Counted from the first letter of the stretch, positions 26,342 to 37,140 are shown. The stretch: 64,000 nt of DNA from Candidatus Woesearchaeota archaeon (GCA_021735165.1 JAIPHP010000002.1:5491-69490); one strand, 5' to 3'. Numbers and translations: made by a program. The notes: generated by a model from the sequence alone, not told the origin.

Positions 26342-26719
26342 TTAAAATTTTGTATTGTGTGTTATTATGTCTGTGGTTTCATTTCCAATTTTTATGCTAT
26401 ACTTATTTCCAAATCCTGAGACTTTTAAGGTATCTTTATATTTCAAGCTTTCTTTTATGTTTTTCCAATCACTCATTTTTATGTATGCATATTTGTCTTT
26501 GGTTGTTTTAAAAACTGCGTATTCAAATGAATTCTTATCTATAATTCTTCCTATCGTAAAAACAAGAATGCCAGGCACATTTCCTGGAGCAGGAACATTT
26601 TTATAAGTTTCTTCTGTTTTCAAAAGAAGTTCTGTATTGTTTTTTTCTCCTAATTTACAGCCTCCCACGAGTAGAGAGGTTACAATAGTTCCTATAGATG
26701 CATATGTTTTAAAACTCAT
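26342..26719 (-). CDS. Putative lipoprotein, hypothetical
   Basis: Signal peptide ending in the lipobox-like LLVGGC. Confidence 0.4.
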   Translation of the reverse strand: MSFKTYASIGTIVTSLLVGGCKLGEKNNTELLLKTEETYKNVPAPGNVPGILVFTIGRIIDKNSFEYAVFKTTKDKYAYIKMSDWKNIKESLKYKDTLKVSGFGNKYSIKIGNETTDIITHNTKF

Positions 26720-26760
26720 AGTTTTAGAGAATCGTTGTTTATTTTTATATTTTAATGAAA

Positions 26761-28083
26761 TTAATTCATGCTTTCACTTCCTTTTTTGTATTTGATTAGT
26801 TTTTTATTTTTTGTTTTGTTTATGATTTTATCTGTAAGTTTCCAGCTTTCGTTTAGTTCTGTTGCTCTTATAAATAGTCTTTTTTCTCCTTTTATACATT
26901 CATCAATTATTGTTTCGTATGCTGTCGGCGTATTTCCTTTGAATTCACATGTAGGGCAAAAAAGCATTTGCACTGGTTTTAAGTCCGGAGTTTCTCCGGG
27001 CATTTTGGCATTTATTGTTAATGATATATTTTGCCTTGGTTGAATATCGATTCTTATCTTGTTGGGTGCAGTATTAAAGTCGCAGTATATTGTGCAGGGT
27101 TCTTTTTTGAATTCTAGTTCTATGTATGCTTCATCACTATTCATTTTTTTGCCTGTTTCTAATATTATTTGTGAGTTTTCCCATCTTTTACTTTTTGATT
27201 TAAAAAATATTTTTGAATACGTTTCTGTTTTTGTTTTTTTTCCTAATTTTTTTTCGACTTCTTCTTCATATCCTTCATATTGACCAAGGATGGCTTTTTC
27301 AAATTCGAGTTTTTTTATTGCTCTTGTTTTTTGGTATCTTATTTCGTCTGCATAAGTATTTTTTGGCGGGTCCATCAAGATTAATGAAGCTGTTTGTAAT
27401 AAATGATTTTGTATCATGTCTTTTATTGCTCCAGAACCATCATAGTATTCTAATCTCTGTTCAACGCCGTTAATTTCTTTTGAGACTATTTTTATTTTGT
27501 CTATGAATTTTGAATTCCATATGTTTTCAAAAAAAGGGTTTGATAATCTTAAGCGCAGTATGTTGTCTATTGTTTGTTTTGCCACGTAATGATCTACTTT
27601 GTATATTTGTTCTCTTGTGAAATATTTTTTCATTAGTTTGTTTAATTTTTCCCATGAATTATAATCTGAGCCAAAAGGTTTTTCTATCATCAGTTTTATA
27701 TTTTGATATTTACAGTCTTTTACTATATTGAATATTTTATCAAATAAATTATATGATGTAGCTAAATAATATATTGTCTGATCTGCTTTTTCTTTATGCA
27801 CAAATTCGTAGAATTTTTTCATTGAATTTTTATCAGATACATCCCCTTTGAAGTATTGTATTTTAAGGTTTTTGTTTTTTTTTGGTATGCTCAAATATTT
27901 TTCGTATTGTTGGTTGTCCAGATTTGTTCTTCCTACGCCTATGAGGTTTATTTTGTATTTTTTGTTTGTTGCTAAATTATTTAGTGCAGGAGCTAATTTT
28001 CTTTTTGTTAAATCTCCTGTTCCTCCAAATATTACTATGTTTATCATTTTTTCCACATATTCATTATTACTTGGATATCTCAT
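26761..28083 (-). CDS. zwf: Glucose-6-phosphate 1-dehydrogenase (bacterial Zwf type)
   Basis: IFGGTGDLTKRKLAPAL, IEKPFG, the substrate motif KVDHYVAKQTIDNIL and DMIQNHLLQ. Confidence 0.85.
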   Translation of the reverse strand: MRYPSNNEYVEKMINIVIFGGTGDLTKRKLAPALNNLATNKKYKINLIGVGRTNLDNQQYEKYLSIPKKNKNLKIQYFKGDVSDKNSMKKFYEFVHKEKADQTIYYLATSYNLFDKIFNIVKDCKYQNIKLMIEKPFGSDYNSWEKLNKLMKKYFTREQIYKVDHYVAKQTIDNILRLRLSNPFFENIWNSKFIDKIKIVSKEINGVEQRLEYYDGSGAIKDMIQNHLLQTASLILMDPPKNTYADEIRYQKTRAIKKLEFEKAILGQYEGYEEEVEKKLGKKTKTETYSKIFFKSKSKRWENSQIILETGKKMNSDEAYIELEFKKEPCTIYCDFNTAPNKIRIDIQPRQNISLTINAKMPGETPDLKPVQMLFCPTCEFKGNTPTAYETIIDECIKGEKRLFIRATELNESWKLTDKIINKTKNKKLIKYKKGSESMN

Positions 28084-28766
28084 TTTTGATCTGTTACGAT
28101 TATTGTGTTTTCTATTTCATCTAGTATTTGTTGCGGTATTGTTTTTTCTGTATTGTTAAGATATGATTTTAATGCTTGTTTTTTCTCTTTTCCTAAAAAA
28201 AGTACGAATGCTGTTTTTGTCATTGCTAATGCTCCAGGAACAATACTTATTCTTTTTTTGGGAAGCTTAGGAGAATCTTCAAAGTATTCGTATGCTTGTT
28301 TGTCAGTATATTCTTTTTCAGGAAATATTCCTGCTACGTGCCCATCTTCTCCACTGCTCAGAATTGCTATGTCTATTCTTCCTGCGAATTCTTCGAATTT
28401 TTTCGAGTAATCAAAAGCTGCTTTTTCTCCTGATAATTCCGTTTTTATTCTGTGAACATGTTTATTTTGTATCAAATTCTTGTTTAATAGCGGTTCTAGC
28501 AGTTTTTCTTTTATTGTTTTATAATTGCTTTCATTTGAAGTTATAGGTGCGTATCTTTCGTCTAATATGAAAAAATGACATTTCTGCCATGATTTAATAT
28601 TTTTTTTAGTTAATTCTTCGTACAGTTTTCCTGTGCTTGTTCCGCCAACCAAGCCTATGAATATTTTTTCTTGTTGATTGGCAAGAAATTCTATTTCATC
28701 TGTTATGAATGAAGCAGCGTGTTTTATGAGTTCTTCTCTTTTAGGATATTTTAGTAGTTTCATCAT
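28080..28766 (-). CDS. pgl: 6-phosphogluconolactonase
   Basis: GLVGGTSTGKLYE and SSGEDGHVAGIFP motifs. Confidence 0.75.
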   Translation of the reverse strand: MMKLLKYPKREELIKHAASFITDEIEFLANQQEKIFIGLVGGTSTGKLYEELTKKNIKSWQKCHFFILDERYAPITSNESNYKTIKEKLLEPLLNKNLIQNKHVHRIKTELSGEKAAFDYSKKFEEFAGRIDIAILSSGEDGHVAGIFPEKEYTDKQAYEYFEDSPKLPKKRISIVPGALAMTKTAFVLFLGKEKKQALKSYLNNTEKTIPQQILDEIENTIIVTDQK

Positions 28767-29680
28767 CTGTTCTCTTTCTTTTTTACTCCATGGCCCCCAA
28801 ATTCATCTCTTAGTACAGACACTATTTTTGTTGCAAAATTTTTTTTAGTTTCTGATTTTTCTCTTATTTCCAAACTTTTTTTTATTATGGGTATTTCCAC
28901 ATTATTTTTTTCTGCTTCTTCAACAGTCCATAGACCTTCTCCACTGTGAGGGATAAATCCATCCACGTCTTTCATTCCCGGATGATGTATGAATGCATCT
29001 CTAGCCCATTCCATTAAAGCCCCTCGTATTATGCTTCCGTTATTCCACAAGTCAGATAGTTTTTCCATGTCAAGTTCTTTGAATGGTCCTTCACTTATGA
29101 CGTGAAATCCTTCTCCTATAGCTTGCATCATTCCGTATTCTATTCCATTATGAATCATTTTTACATAATGCCCTGCACCGCTTGGACCAAAATAACCATA
29201 TCCCTTTGGTACGCACATAGCTTTTATTATTGGCTCTATTTTATTAAAGTCAATTTCAGCACCTCCGCACATCATACAATACCCTGTTTTTGCTGCTGCT
29301 AGACCTCCTGATACTCCCACATCAAAATATCGTATTCTTTTTTCTTGAAGTTCTTTTGAACGCCTTATTGTTTCTGTATACTTAGAATTTCCCCCATCTA
29401 TTAGTAAGTCTCCTTCTTCTAAATAAGGCACTATTTTGCTTTTTATTTCATCTACTGTTTTGTGAGGTGTCATCAACCAAATAATTCTTGGTTTTTCTAA
29501 ATTATTTACTAGTTCTTGATAACTCTTTGAAGGTATAGCTCCTTTTTCTTTACTTATTTTTTCTACTTTTTCAGGACTTCTATTATATACAACGACTTCA
29601 TGACCTTTTTCTAGAAGTTTTTCAACCATATTATAACCCATTTTCCCCAAACCCACGAATCCTATTTTCATTTCTTCCAC
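28763..29680 (-). CDS. gnd: 6-phosphogluconate dehydrogenase (decarboxylating), short YqeC-like form
   Basis: Rossmann motif IGFVGLGKMGYNM and a catalytic region GGNSKYTETIRR...GVSGG consistent with 6PGDH. Confidence 0.8.
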   Translation of the reverse strand: MEEMKIGFVGLGKMGYNMVEKLLEKGHEVVVYNRSPEKVEKISKEKGAIPSKSYQELVNNLEKPRIIWLMTPHKTVDEIKSKIVPYLEEGDLLIDGGNSKYTETIRRSKELQEKRIRYFDVGVSGGLAAAKTGYCMMCGGAEIDFNKIEPIIKAMCVPKGYGYFGPSGAGHYVKMIHNGIEYGMMQAIGEGFHVISEGPFKELDMEKLSDLWNNGSIIRGALMEWARDAFIHHPGMKDVDGFIPHSGEGLWTVEEAEKNNVEIPIIKKSLEIREKSETKKNFATKIVSVLRDEFGGHGVKKKENR

Positions 29681-29905
29681 CTAGACTCTTGAATCGTAAT
29701 GTATTTTATATAATTTGTGGGTCATTATTCAGCTAAAAAAGGAATTTTCTAAAAAATCCTTATTTTTTAGTTAACATAATAACTAAATTTAATTTTGCGT
29801 AAAAAAGTTTCGCATTAAAAATTTACAAAATAATTATGTTGCTAATAAGCTAATTAAAAACCTTTAAAAAGTCTGTGTCATATTTTATATTTTAGAGGTG
29901 AGGGT

Positions 29906-32572
29906 TTGAATTTTTATGATTTGTCCATTGAAGATGTTTTGAAACATTTTAATGTTTCTAAAAGTGGTCTTTCTGAGCAAGAAGTTGTTAAACTAAGAAA
30001 AATTCATGGTTTGAATGTTCTAGCTGATAATAAAGGTATTAATCCATTTGTCTTATTTATTTCTCAATTCAAATCATTCATTATTTATGTTTTGTTGTTT
30101 GCATTAATAATTAGTTTTCTCTCAGGAGAATTTGTTGATGGCGTCGTCATCCTTATAATTTTATTGTTTAATGCAATTTTTGGTTTTATTCAAGAATATA
30201 AGGCAGAGAAGAGTTTGGAAAGTTTAAGAAAATTAACAAGTTTGAAGGCTACTGTTATTAGATCTGGAGAAAAAAGCGTTATTGATTCTAAGTTTTTAGT
30301 TCCTGGAGACATTATTTTTTTAGAGGAAGGTAATAAAGTTCCTGCTGATGCCAGACTTATTGAAGTTAATGGTTTGGGCGTGTCTGAGAGTATTTTGACA
30401 GGAGAGAGTTTGTCTGTAAATAAGTTTTCTAGTATTTTAAAAAGCGGTTTATCTTTAGCAGATCGTAAAAATTTGGTTTTTTCAGGCACTTCTATTAATA
30501 AAGGAAATTCTTTGGCTGTGGTTGTTAAAACAGGCAGGAAAACAGAATTAGGAAAAATTGCAGATATGGTTTCATCTACTGAAAAAGAAATGACTCCTCT
30601 TCAGAAAAAACTTGAGGTTCTTGGTAGCAAGATTGTTTGGATTACTTTGGCTTTGTGTTTAGTTATTTTTTTAGCAGGTGAAATAAGAGATAATATTTTC
30701 GGAGTTTTAGGTTCAGGTTCAATCATTGATTTTTTATTGGCTTCTAAAGAGTGGCTTTTAACTGCAGTTAGTTTAGCTGTCGCTGCTGTCCCTGAAGGGC
30801 TACCCGCGGTTGTTACTATTGCTTTAGCTATCGGTGTTAAGAAGATGCTAAAGAAAAATGCTCTTATCAGAAGGTTGCCAAGTGTTGAAAGTTTGGGAGA
30901 AGCAACAATTATTTGCACTGATAAGACAGGAACTTTAACTAAAAATGAGATGACTGTGCGTGTTGCTTTTGTAAATAATAAAGAATTTGAATTGACGGGT
31001 CTGGGGTATGATTTACATGGAGCAGTCGTTGCACACCAAGGTTCTTTAAATGAAAACGATAAGTTACTTTTTAGATGCGGCGTTCTTTGTAATAATGCTA
31101 GTGTTTCTAGTTCAGGAATTACAGGAGATCCTACAGAAGCTGCTTTACTTGTTAGCGCAGAAAAAAGTGGTATGGCACATGATTTATTTTTTAAGAGTTA
31201 TAAACGTGTTAATGAGTTACCTTTTGATTCTAAGAGGAAAATGATGAGTGTTGTTGTTGAGAATAAGTCGGGAAAATTTGTTTTTAGCAAAGGTGCTCCT
31301 GAATTATTGCTTAATAAATGTAAAAAAATTTTAATTAACGGAAAAGAAAAAAAATTAACTTCTTCACTAAGAAAGAAAATTTTAGATAAAAATGATGAAT
31401 ATGCCCTTAAAGCTTTGAGAGTTTTAGGTTTTGCGTATAAAAAGTATTCCTCTAATGTTATTGAAGATGACTTGGTGTTTATTGGTTTACAAGGAATGAT
31501 AGATCCTCCTCATAGAGAAGTAAAAAGTGCTGTTAAAAAATGTTATGAAGCAGGCATTAGAGTCATCATGATTACAGGCGATAATATTAATACTGCTAAA
31601 GGCATTGCTTCTGAGATAGGTATTAAAGGAGATGCTATGCTTGGCTCGGATTTTATGGCATTATCTCCTGAAAAAAGAAAAACAATTATTAGAAATGTCG
31701 GTGTTTTTGCTCGTGTTGAACCAAGTCATAAAATGGCCATTGTTGATATTCTGCAAGGCATTGGTGAAGTTGTTGCTATGACGGGTGATGGTGTTAATGA
31801 TGCCCCCGCAATTAAAAGTGCGGATTTAGGAATCAGTATGGGCATTACTGGAACTGATGTTACAAAAGAAGCTAGCGACATGATTTTGCAAGATGATAAT
31901 TTTACCAGCATAGTTAATGCTGTCGAAGAAGGCAGAGGCATTTACCAAAATATTAAGAAGTTTGTTAATTATTTATTATCTAGCAATGTTGCCGAAGTAT
32001 TAGTAATATTTTTTGCTATTATTTTTGGTTGGCCATTGCCTATGACTGCAATTATGATACTTTGGCTTAATCTTGTAACTGATGGGTTGCCTGCTTTGGC
32101 TTTAAGTGTAGATCCAAATCCTTCTGATTTGATGAATAGACCTCCTAAGAAAAAAAATGATCCTATAATGGACAAATCTATGATTTATAATATTGTTTTT
32201 GTTGCTTTTTGGATTACAATAGGGGTTTTGTTTTTATTTGATTGGGGCTTAGGATTTGATTTTGCGAATACTGGTTCTCTGCCTAAAGCTCAAACACTTG
32301 TTTTCACAAGTTTGGTTGTTTTAGAAATTGTTAGACTGCATAATATCAGGTCTGAATATAATCTTTCCGTTTTTAGCAATAAGTGGTTAATTTATGCTGT
32401 TCTTGTCAGCTTTAGTTTGCAGTTGTTAGTTATTTATAGTCCTTTGAATAATTATTTTGGAACAGTTCCATTACTTTGGATTGATTGGTTGATGATTTTT
32501 ATCGTTGCTTTAATTGTAGGCATTGCCAATCACATGTTTAAAAAATATTTTATTTCTAAGTATATTGAGTGA
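29906..32572 (+). CDS. P-type cation-transporting ATPase, P2A (SERCA-like Ca2+) type
   Basis: DKTGTLT phosphorylation site, TGDGVNDAPAIK and 10 predicted transmembrane helices. The ORF starts at a TTG codon. Confidence 0.9.
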   Translation: MNFYDLSIEDVLKHFNVSKSGLSEQEVVKLRKIHGLNVLADNKGINPFVLFISQFKSFIIYVLLFALIISFLSGEFVDGVVILIILLFNAIFGFIQEYKAEKSLESLRKLTSLKATVIRSGEKSVIDSKFLVPGDIIFLEEGNKVPADARLIEVNGLGVSESILTGESLSVNKFSSILKSGLSLADRKNLVFSGTSINKGNSLAVVVKTGRKTELGKIADMVSSTEKEMTPLQKKLEVLGSKIVWITLALCLVIFLAGEIRDNIFGVLGSGSIIDFLLASKEWLLTAVSLAVAAVPEGLPAVVTIALAIGVKKMLKKNALIRRLPSVESLGEATIICTDKTGTLTKNEMTVRVAFVNNKEFELTGLGYDLHGAVVAHQGSLNENDKLLFRCGVLCNNASVSSSGITGDPTEAALLVSAEKSGMAHDLFFKSYKRVNELPFDSKRKMMSVVVENKSGKFVFSKGAPELLLNKCKKILINGKEKKLTSSLRKKILDKNDEYALKALRVLGFAYKKYSSNVIEDDLVFIGLQGMIDPPHREVKSAVKKCYEAGIRVIMITGDNINTAKGIASEIGIKGDAMLGSDFMALSPEKRKTIIRNVGVFARVEPSHKMAIVDILQGIGEVVAMTGDGVNDAPAIKSADLGISMGITGTDVTKEASDMILQDDNFTSIVNAVEEGRGIYQNIKKFVNYLLSSNVAEVLVIFFAIIFGWPLPMTAIMILWLNLVTDGLPALALSVDPNPSDLMNRPPKKKNDPIMDKSMIYNIVFVAFWITIGVLFLFDWGLGFDFANTGSLPKAQTLVFTSLVVLEIVRLHNIRSEYNLSVFSNKWLIYAVLVSFSLQLLVIYSPLNNYFGTVPLLWIDWLMIFIVALIVGIANHMFKKYFISKYIE

Positions 32573-32636
32573 TTTATGTTATGGTTACGTTTATGTTTTT
32601 GACATTAATTTTTAAGATTAGAAATTGTCTAGTATG

Positions 32637-32840
32637 ATGAAAATCCCTGCTCCGAGTCTGCTTAGAAACGCAAAGGCGTATCCAACGCACAAAGATACGA
32701 AAAGTGTCGATTGTGTATCTCCAGCCTAAATGCACAGAAACATAGTTTCTAATACAACAAAAATAAACAAATATTTTTATGCAAATAGGGGTACGACAAA
32801 AGCAAAGCTTTTGTGTACAATAAATGCAAAGCATTTATTT
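32637..32840 (+). repeat. Intergenic repeat family 2, copy 2 (longer, with an internal duplication)
   Basis: It starts with the same atgaaaatccctgctccgagtct 23-mer as copy 1, has a TGATGA C-box-like sequence at its 5' edge and contains the cgacaaaagcaaagcttttgtgtacaataaa hairpin. It sits between convergent genes. Confidence 0.5.
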
Positions 32841-32898
32841 TTATTAAACTCCTTACGCTAGCGCACAATAAAAAAATAAATTAAATGTTTAGAATTAT

Positions 32899-35800
32899 TC
32901 AGTTAGAAGTTTCTAAAACTTCAAACTCCCAAGAATCTTCGATAAATACTTCATCGTATTGAAAACTTCCATAAACCCTGTATTTTCCAGGGGATTCCAC
33001 AGAAACATTTTTTAAATTCCATCCGTAATATTTTCCAATATCTAGTTTTATTAAATTATTTGCAGAAATATTTACTTTTTCATTTGTAACAATGCGAATA
33101 TTTCTCCAATGGTTTTCAATTTTATTCTGTAAAGCTAAAGTTAAGATTCCTCGTACATCAACATCTCCTGAATTAACTATTTTTGATTGAGGTCTTGGAT
33201 TTCCAAGGGGGACTGAGATATCTTCACAATTATAACAACCTGTATGTTGGGAATCGTGTTGATACATTGGCCAGTCCATTTCTACATCCCTAAAAGGAGA
33301 ATCTAAATTAAAAACCTGAATAAAAGTTTTACGAATGTTCCAATTTACAGAACTAGATATTAATTCATTAAAATTATCTCCTTCAAGATCAAAAACAGAA
33401 TACATACTGATTTCTGGATAAACAATTTTCTTTTCAATAGAGCTGTCTGAGAAATTTGATAAATAAATAAGACTTAAACCTCTAAAAGTAAAATATTTTC
33501 CTATAAACCCATAAATATTGTTCTCAATTTTTCCAAAAAGAACGGGAACTGATTTTACTGGTTCTCCTCCAGAAAAAACAACATTTCCATTTCTATCTAA
33601 GATATAGTTCCAAAAACCTTTTTTTATAGAAATGTTAAGATAATCTCTTTGCTTAAATAAAGAAAGACTTGAAAGATGTCCTGAAGAAACAAATTGAGGC
33701 CAACCTGTTTTTATAGACCCATTTTCTTCGAGGACATAAACTCCATTTCCAAAAACGTTTGGGCGATTCATTTTATTAGTATAAAAAATTATTTCATCAT
33801 ATCCATCTGAATCAACATCACCTATAACTCCAGGTTCAAGAGCAAAACCATTTACATTAACAGGAAATCCTTCAACTAGAGAGCCATCAAAATTAAAAGC
33901 AAAAATTCTTCCCTCGCAATGCCAATTTTCTAGAGTAAACACTCCTTCGTCAAAAACATTTCTTGTTGAAGGCACAACAACCTCGTATTCTGGATCATCG
34001 TCTAAATTAGCAATAAGAGAGCTTGTCTCATATCCGCCAAGTATACCGCAAGAGAAAGAACCATTACCAAACTGTTTATTATACACAATTTTTGGCCATC
34101 CTGGAAGAAAATTTCCATCTAAGTCAAGAACTGCCAATCTCAAAGCGCTTTCTGGAACTCCTTCAAATTCAAAAGAATCATAAACTTTGAGTATTTCAAT
34201 ATTTCCATCTCCATTAAGATCTTTTAAAACAATTAAACTGTTTGGCTGAGAAGAAATCTCTAAAGGAATCTTTCTAATAAGGCTCCCAGATAAATCATAG
34301 ACAAATAAATTATAAATTCCATTTACGACAATTTCTTTCAAACCATCATTATTAAAATCTATAACTGAGGGGGGGCCTATATTTCCTCCCGGAAGTCCAC
34401 CGTTAGATCCTGGAGGGCTATATACATCAACCTCGATTGGAAAGCCTTCTAAACGAGAGCCATCTTCTTTAAATGCATAGACTTTTAGAGGATTTCCCGC
34501 GTAATAAAACAAAATTTCTTTAGATCCATCTCCTTCCAAATCTTCTATAACTGGTTCAACTTTTCCAGGCCAGTAATAAAAATCAAAATTTTGCTCTGTA
34601 TTATCAAGAACTCTAAAATCTTCTGTAGTTGATGTTACTTCCAAATTATTTTCAGAGGATTTGATAAAAACACTCTCATTTCCAAAAGTGTAAAAGGAAA
34701 AAGAATTTCTATTATTGTTAGGGATAAAAGATAAAAAAGTTTTATCTTTAAAAAGCATAAGAGAATCCTGTGAATTTCCTCCAAAAGTTCCTCCTTGCCA
34801 ATCTAATTCTTTCGGCCAGCCTTCTTTCAAAGAAGAGCTAATAAATAGAATAGGGGTGCTTTCGGTAAAGGTTTCTCCAAAAAAATTAAAATTAAAATTA
34901 ATTATATAAAAACCCTCCTGATCTAGAAGAGATGTGTCCCAAGAAAAAAAAGTTTTATTTATTTGAGTTATTCCTACTGCATTTATAATTTGTGAGTTGT
35001 CCATTGAAAATACTTCGAAAGAAGATAATTCGTAATAGGGATTTAAAATGTTAAGAAAAATTGGAATAGTCTCCCCGAACCTATAAACTCCAGGCTCTTT
35101 AGGAGAAATTATTTCAAGGTTGTTTATGGAAAAAATATTCATATCATTAGAAACAATTTGATTTTCTTTGTAAATATTAATCTGTAAAGAATAGTCTCCA
35201 TCCATAAGACGGGTAGTATCAAATTCAGGACATAAAACTCCTTCAATAATCTCTTCTGTTCCCTCACAGATTAATTTTGGTCCACTCAAAGAAGATTCTT
35301 TAGAATAAGTGACTTTGTAGGAATCAAAATTTCCCTTTGCAGTACCTCTAACTTCCAAAATTCCTTCCGAAAAATAGGGAAATTGATCTAAAAAAGCTAA
35401 TGCGCTTTCATCATTTGTATTTAAAAGAGATTCAAAAATATCAATTCTTCCACTACCTTGAATTGTTCTTATTTGATTCAAAGAAACAGCATTATTTCTT
35501 AAAGAGCCTTTCATGTCGAAAGCATTCCAAGTAGGATGTGCTTGTTTTAACAAAGCAACTGCTCCAGAAATAATTGGAGTAGCCATAGAAGTCCCTGCTA
35601 ATTGGACATGATCTTCATCTAAGCAGGGATAATAATATTCGTTTTCTCCTGGAGGAAATATAGAATCATATCTTGCAGCACAAATAATTGCTCCAGGAGC
35701 AACGATATCGGGTTTTATTAACGCCATAATGTTTCCTTCTTCATTTTCCCAAAGAACAGGGCCTCTAGAACTAAAAGAAGTTACCTGATCTACACGAGGA

Positions 35801-37140
35801 TTAAAATCCCAGTAACTTCCATCATAATTTTTCTTATACGTTGCACCAACTGTTATTGCTTTCCTTGCATTTCCAGGACTCATAATGCTTCGTTCATTTG
35901 GACCAGAATTTCCTGAAGCTATGACTGCAACGACTCCTGCATCTACCACATTATCAATTGCAGAACTCATTGGATCATCTGGATTGCCAGAACCTCCCAA
36001 ACTTAAACTAATAACATCCAATTTATCTGAAAAGTCTCCATCTTCATTAGGATCTAAACTTCTTTCAATTGCAGAGATAACATTTCCTAAAGAACCCCCT
36101 CCTAATGAATTCAAAACTTTGTATGCATAAATTTTTGCATCAGGAGCAACACCTTTCAAAACCCCATTTCCAGCAGCAGTTGAAGCAACATGTGTTCCGT
36201 GACCCTGATCATCTATTGGATCTCCATCATCGTTTACAAAATCATAACCCCCAACAACTTTTTCACAAGTTTCGTCTAAAAATTCTTCTGTCGTACAACT
36301 TCCTAAATCTCTGTGAGTATAATCCACTCCTGTATCAATTATCCCAATAATTACATCTTTACCTGTCAAACAATTTTCTTCTTCCAAACAAGGATTAAGA
36401 TTCTCATCTAGTTCCCAAACATCGTCAGCATTGATTAAGGGGATAGAATCCATTAAAAAGGCTGTTACTTCGTAATCAGGATAGATTCTTTTCACACCTT
36501 CAATATTTTTTATTTCTTGAATTTCTGAAGGTAAAAGATCTAAACTTATTCCATTAAACACTTTTGTATAACTTGATTTTATTTCATTATTTGTTTTTTG
36601 CAAAATTTCTGATTTTGTTTGTTCATGTTTTTCTTCCAAATCTAATTTGTAATTTTCTAATCTATCCTCAATGTTTTCTTCTAAAAAAGAATTTTCATTT
36701 TCTTTTGCAAGTTTTTTTAATCTAGAGTATTCTTTAGCCAAAGGTTCTTCTTCAAATTCAACAATATATCCGGAATATTTTGGAGTTTCAAAATCAGAAA
36801 CAGAATCTCCTGTTAAACCTTTCTCCGGAGGGTCTGTTAATTTTATTTGTTCTCCAACAGAGTAAAAATCTTTTAAAGTTGCAAGAGAGATTTTTAGAGT
36901 TTCTGATGTTGCGTATTCATGGTTTTGTGTATTTGTTGGGTTTGTGGCTTGATTTGTTTGTTGTTGATTGTTTTGCTGCGTGTCTTCTTGTTCGAATTCT
37001 ATGTCCATGTTTTGCATTTCTAAGTATTGTGTTGTGCAACTAGTTAGAATAAGAATTGTCAATACAAGTAATGCAGTTATTATTTTGCTTTTATTTGTTT
37101 GTTTTCCTTTCATTTTCCTGCTTGGATTGCAGTTATACAA
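32899..37140 (-). CDS. Large secreted or surface subtilisin-like (S8) serine protease with FG-GAP/beta-propeller repeats
   Basis: Asp/His/Ser triad motifs IGIIDTGVDYTHRDLG, HGTHVASTAAG and GTSMATPIISGAVALL. Multiple DxDxDG/FG-GAP-like repeats are present (DVDSDGYDEIIF, DFNNDGLKEIVV, DLNGDGNIEIL). The N-terminal signal peptide ends in the lipobox-like LTSC. Confidence 0.85.
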   Translation of the reverse strand: MYNCNPSRKMKGKQTNKSKIITALLVLTILILTSCTTQYLEMQNMDIEFEQEDTQQNNQQQTNQATNPTNTQNHEYATSETLKISLATLKDFYSVGEQIKLTDPPEKGLTGDSVSDFETPKYSGYIVEFEEEPLAKEYSRLKKLAKENENSFLEENIEDRLENYKLDLEEKHEQTKSEILQKTNNEIKSSYTKVFNGISLDLLPSEIQEIKNIEGVKRIYPDYEVTAFLMDSIPLINADDVWELDENLNPCLEEENCLTGKDVIIGIIDTGVDYTHRDLGSCTTEEFLDETCEKVVGGYDFVNDDGDPIDDQGHGTHVASTAAGNGVLKGVAPDAKIYAYKVLNSLGGGSLGNVISAIERSLDPNEDGDFSDKLDVISLSLGGSGNPDDPMSSAIDNVVDAGVVAVIASGNSGPNERSIMSPGNARKAITVGATYKKNYDGSYWDFNPRVDQVTSFSSRGPVLWENEEGNIMALIKPDIVAPGAIICAARYDSIFPPGENEYYYPCLDEDHVQLAGTSMATPIISGAVALLKQAHPTWNAFDMKGSLRNNAVSLNQIRTIQGSGRIDIFESLLNTNDESALAFLDQFPYFSEGILEVRGTAKGNFDSYKVTYSKESSLSGPKLICEGTEEIIEGVLCPEFDTTRLMDGDYSLQINIYKENQIVSNDMNIFSINNLEIISPKEPGVYRFGETIPIFLNILNPYYELSSFEVFSMDNSQIINAVGITQINKTFFSWDTSLLDQEGFYIINFNFNFFGETFTESTPILFISSSLKEGWPKELDWQGGTFGGNSQDSLMLFKDKTFLSFIPNNNRNSFSFYTFGNESVFIKSSENNLEVTSTTEDFRVLDNTEQNFDFYYWPGKVEPVIEDLEGDGSKEILFYYAGNPLKVYAFKEDGSRLEGFPIEVDVYSPPGSNGGLPGGNIGPPSVIDFNNDGLKEIVVNGIYNLFVYDLSGSLIRKIPLEISSQPNSLIVLKDLNGDGNIEILKVYDSFEFEGVPESALRLAVLDLDGNFLPGWPKIVYNKQFGNGSFSCGILGGYETSSLIANLDDDPEYEVVVPSTRNVFDEGVFTLENWHCEGRIFAFNFDGSLVEGFPVNVNGFALEPGVIGDVDSDGYDEIIFYTNKMNRPNVFGNGVYVLEENGSIKTGWPQFVSSGHLSSLSLFKQRDYLNISIKKGFWNYILDRNGNVVFSGGEPVKSVPVLFGKIENNIYGFIGKYFTFRGLSLIYLSNFSDSSIEKKIVYPEISMYSVFDLEGDNFNELISSSVNWNIRKTFIQVFNLDSPFRDVEMDWPMYQHDSQHTGCYNCEDISVPLGNPRPQSKIVNSGDVDVRGILTLALQNKIENHWRNIRIVTNEKVNISANNLIKLDIGKYYGWNLKNVSVESPGKYRVYGSFQYDEVFIEDSWEFEVLETSN

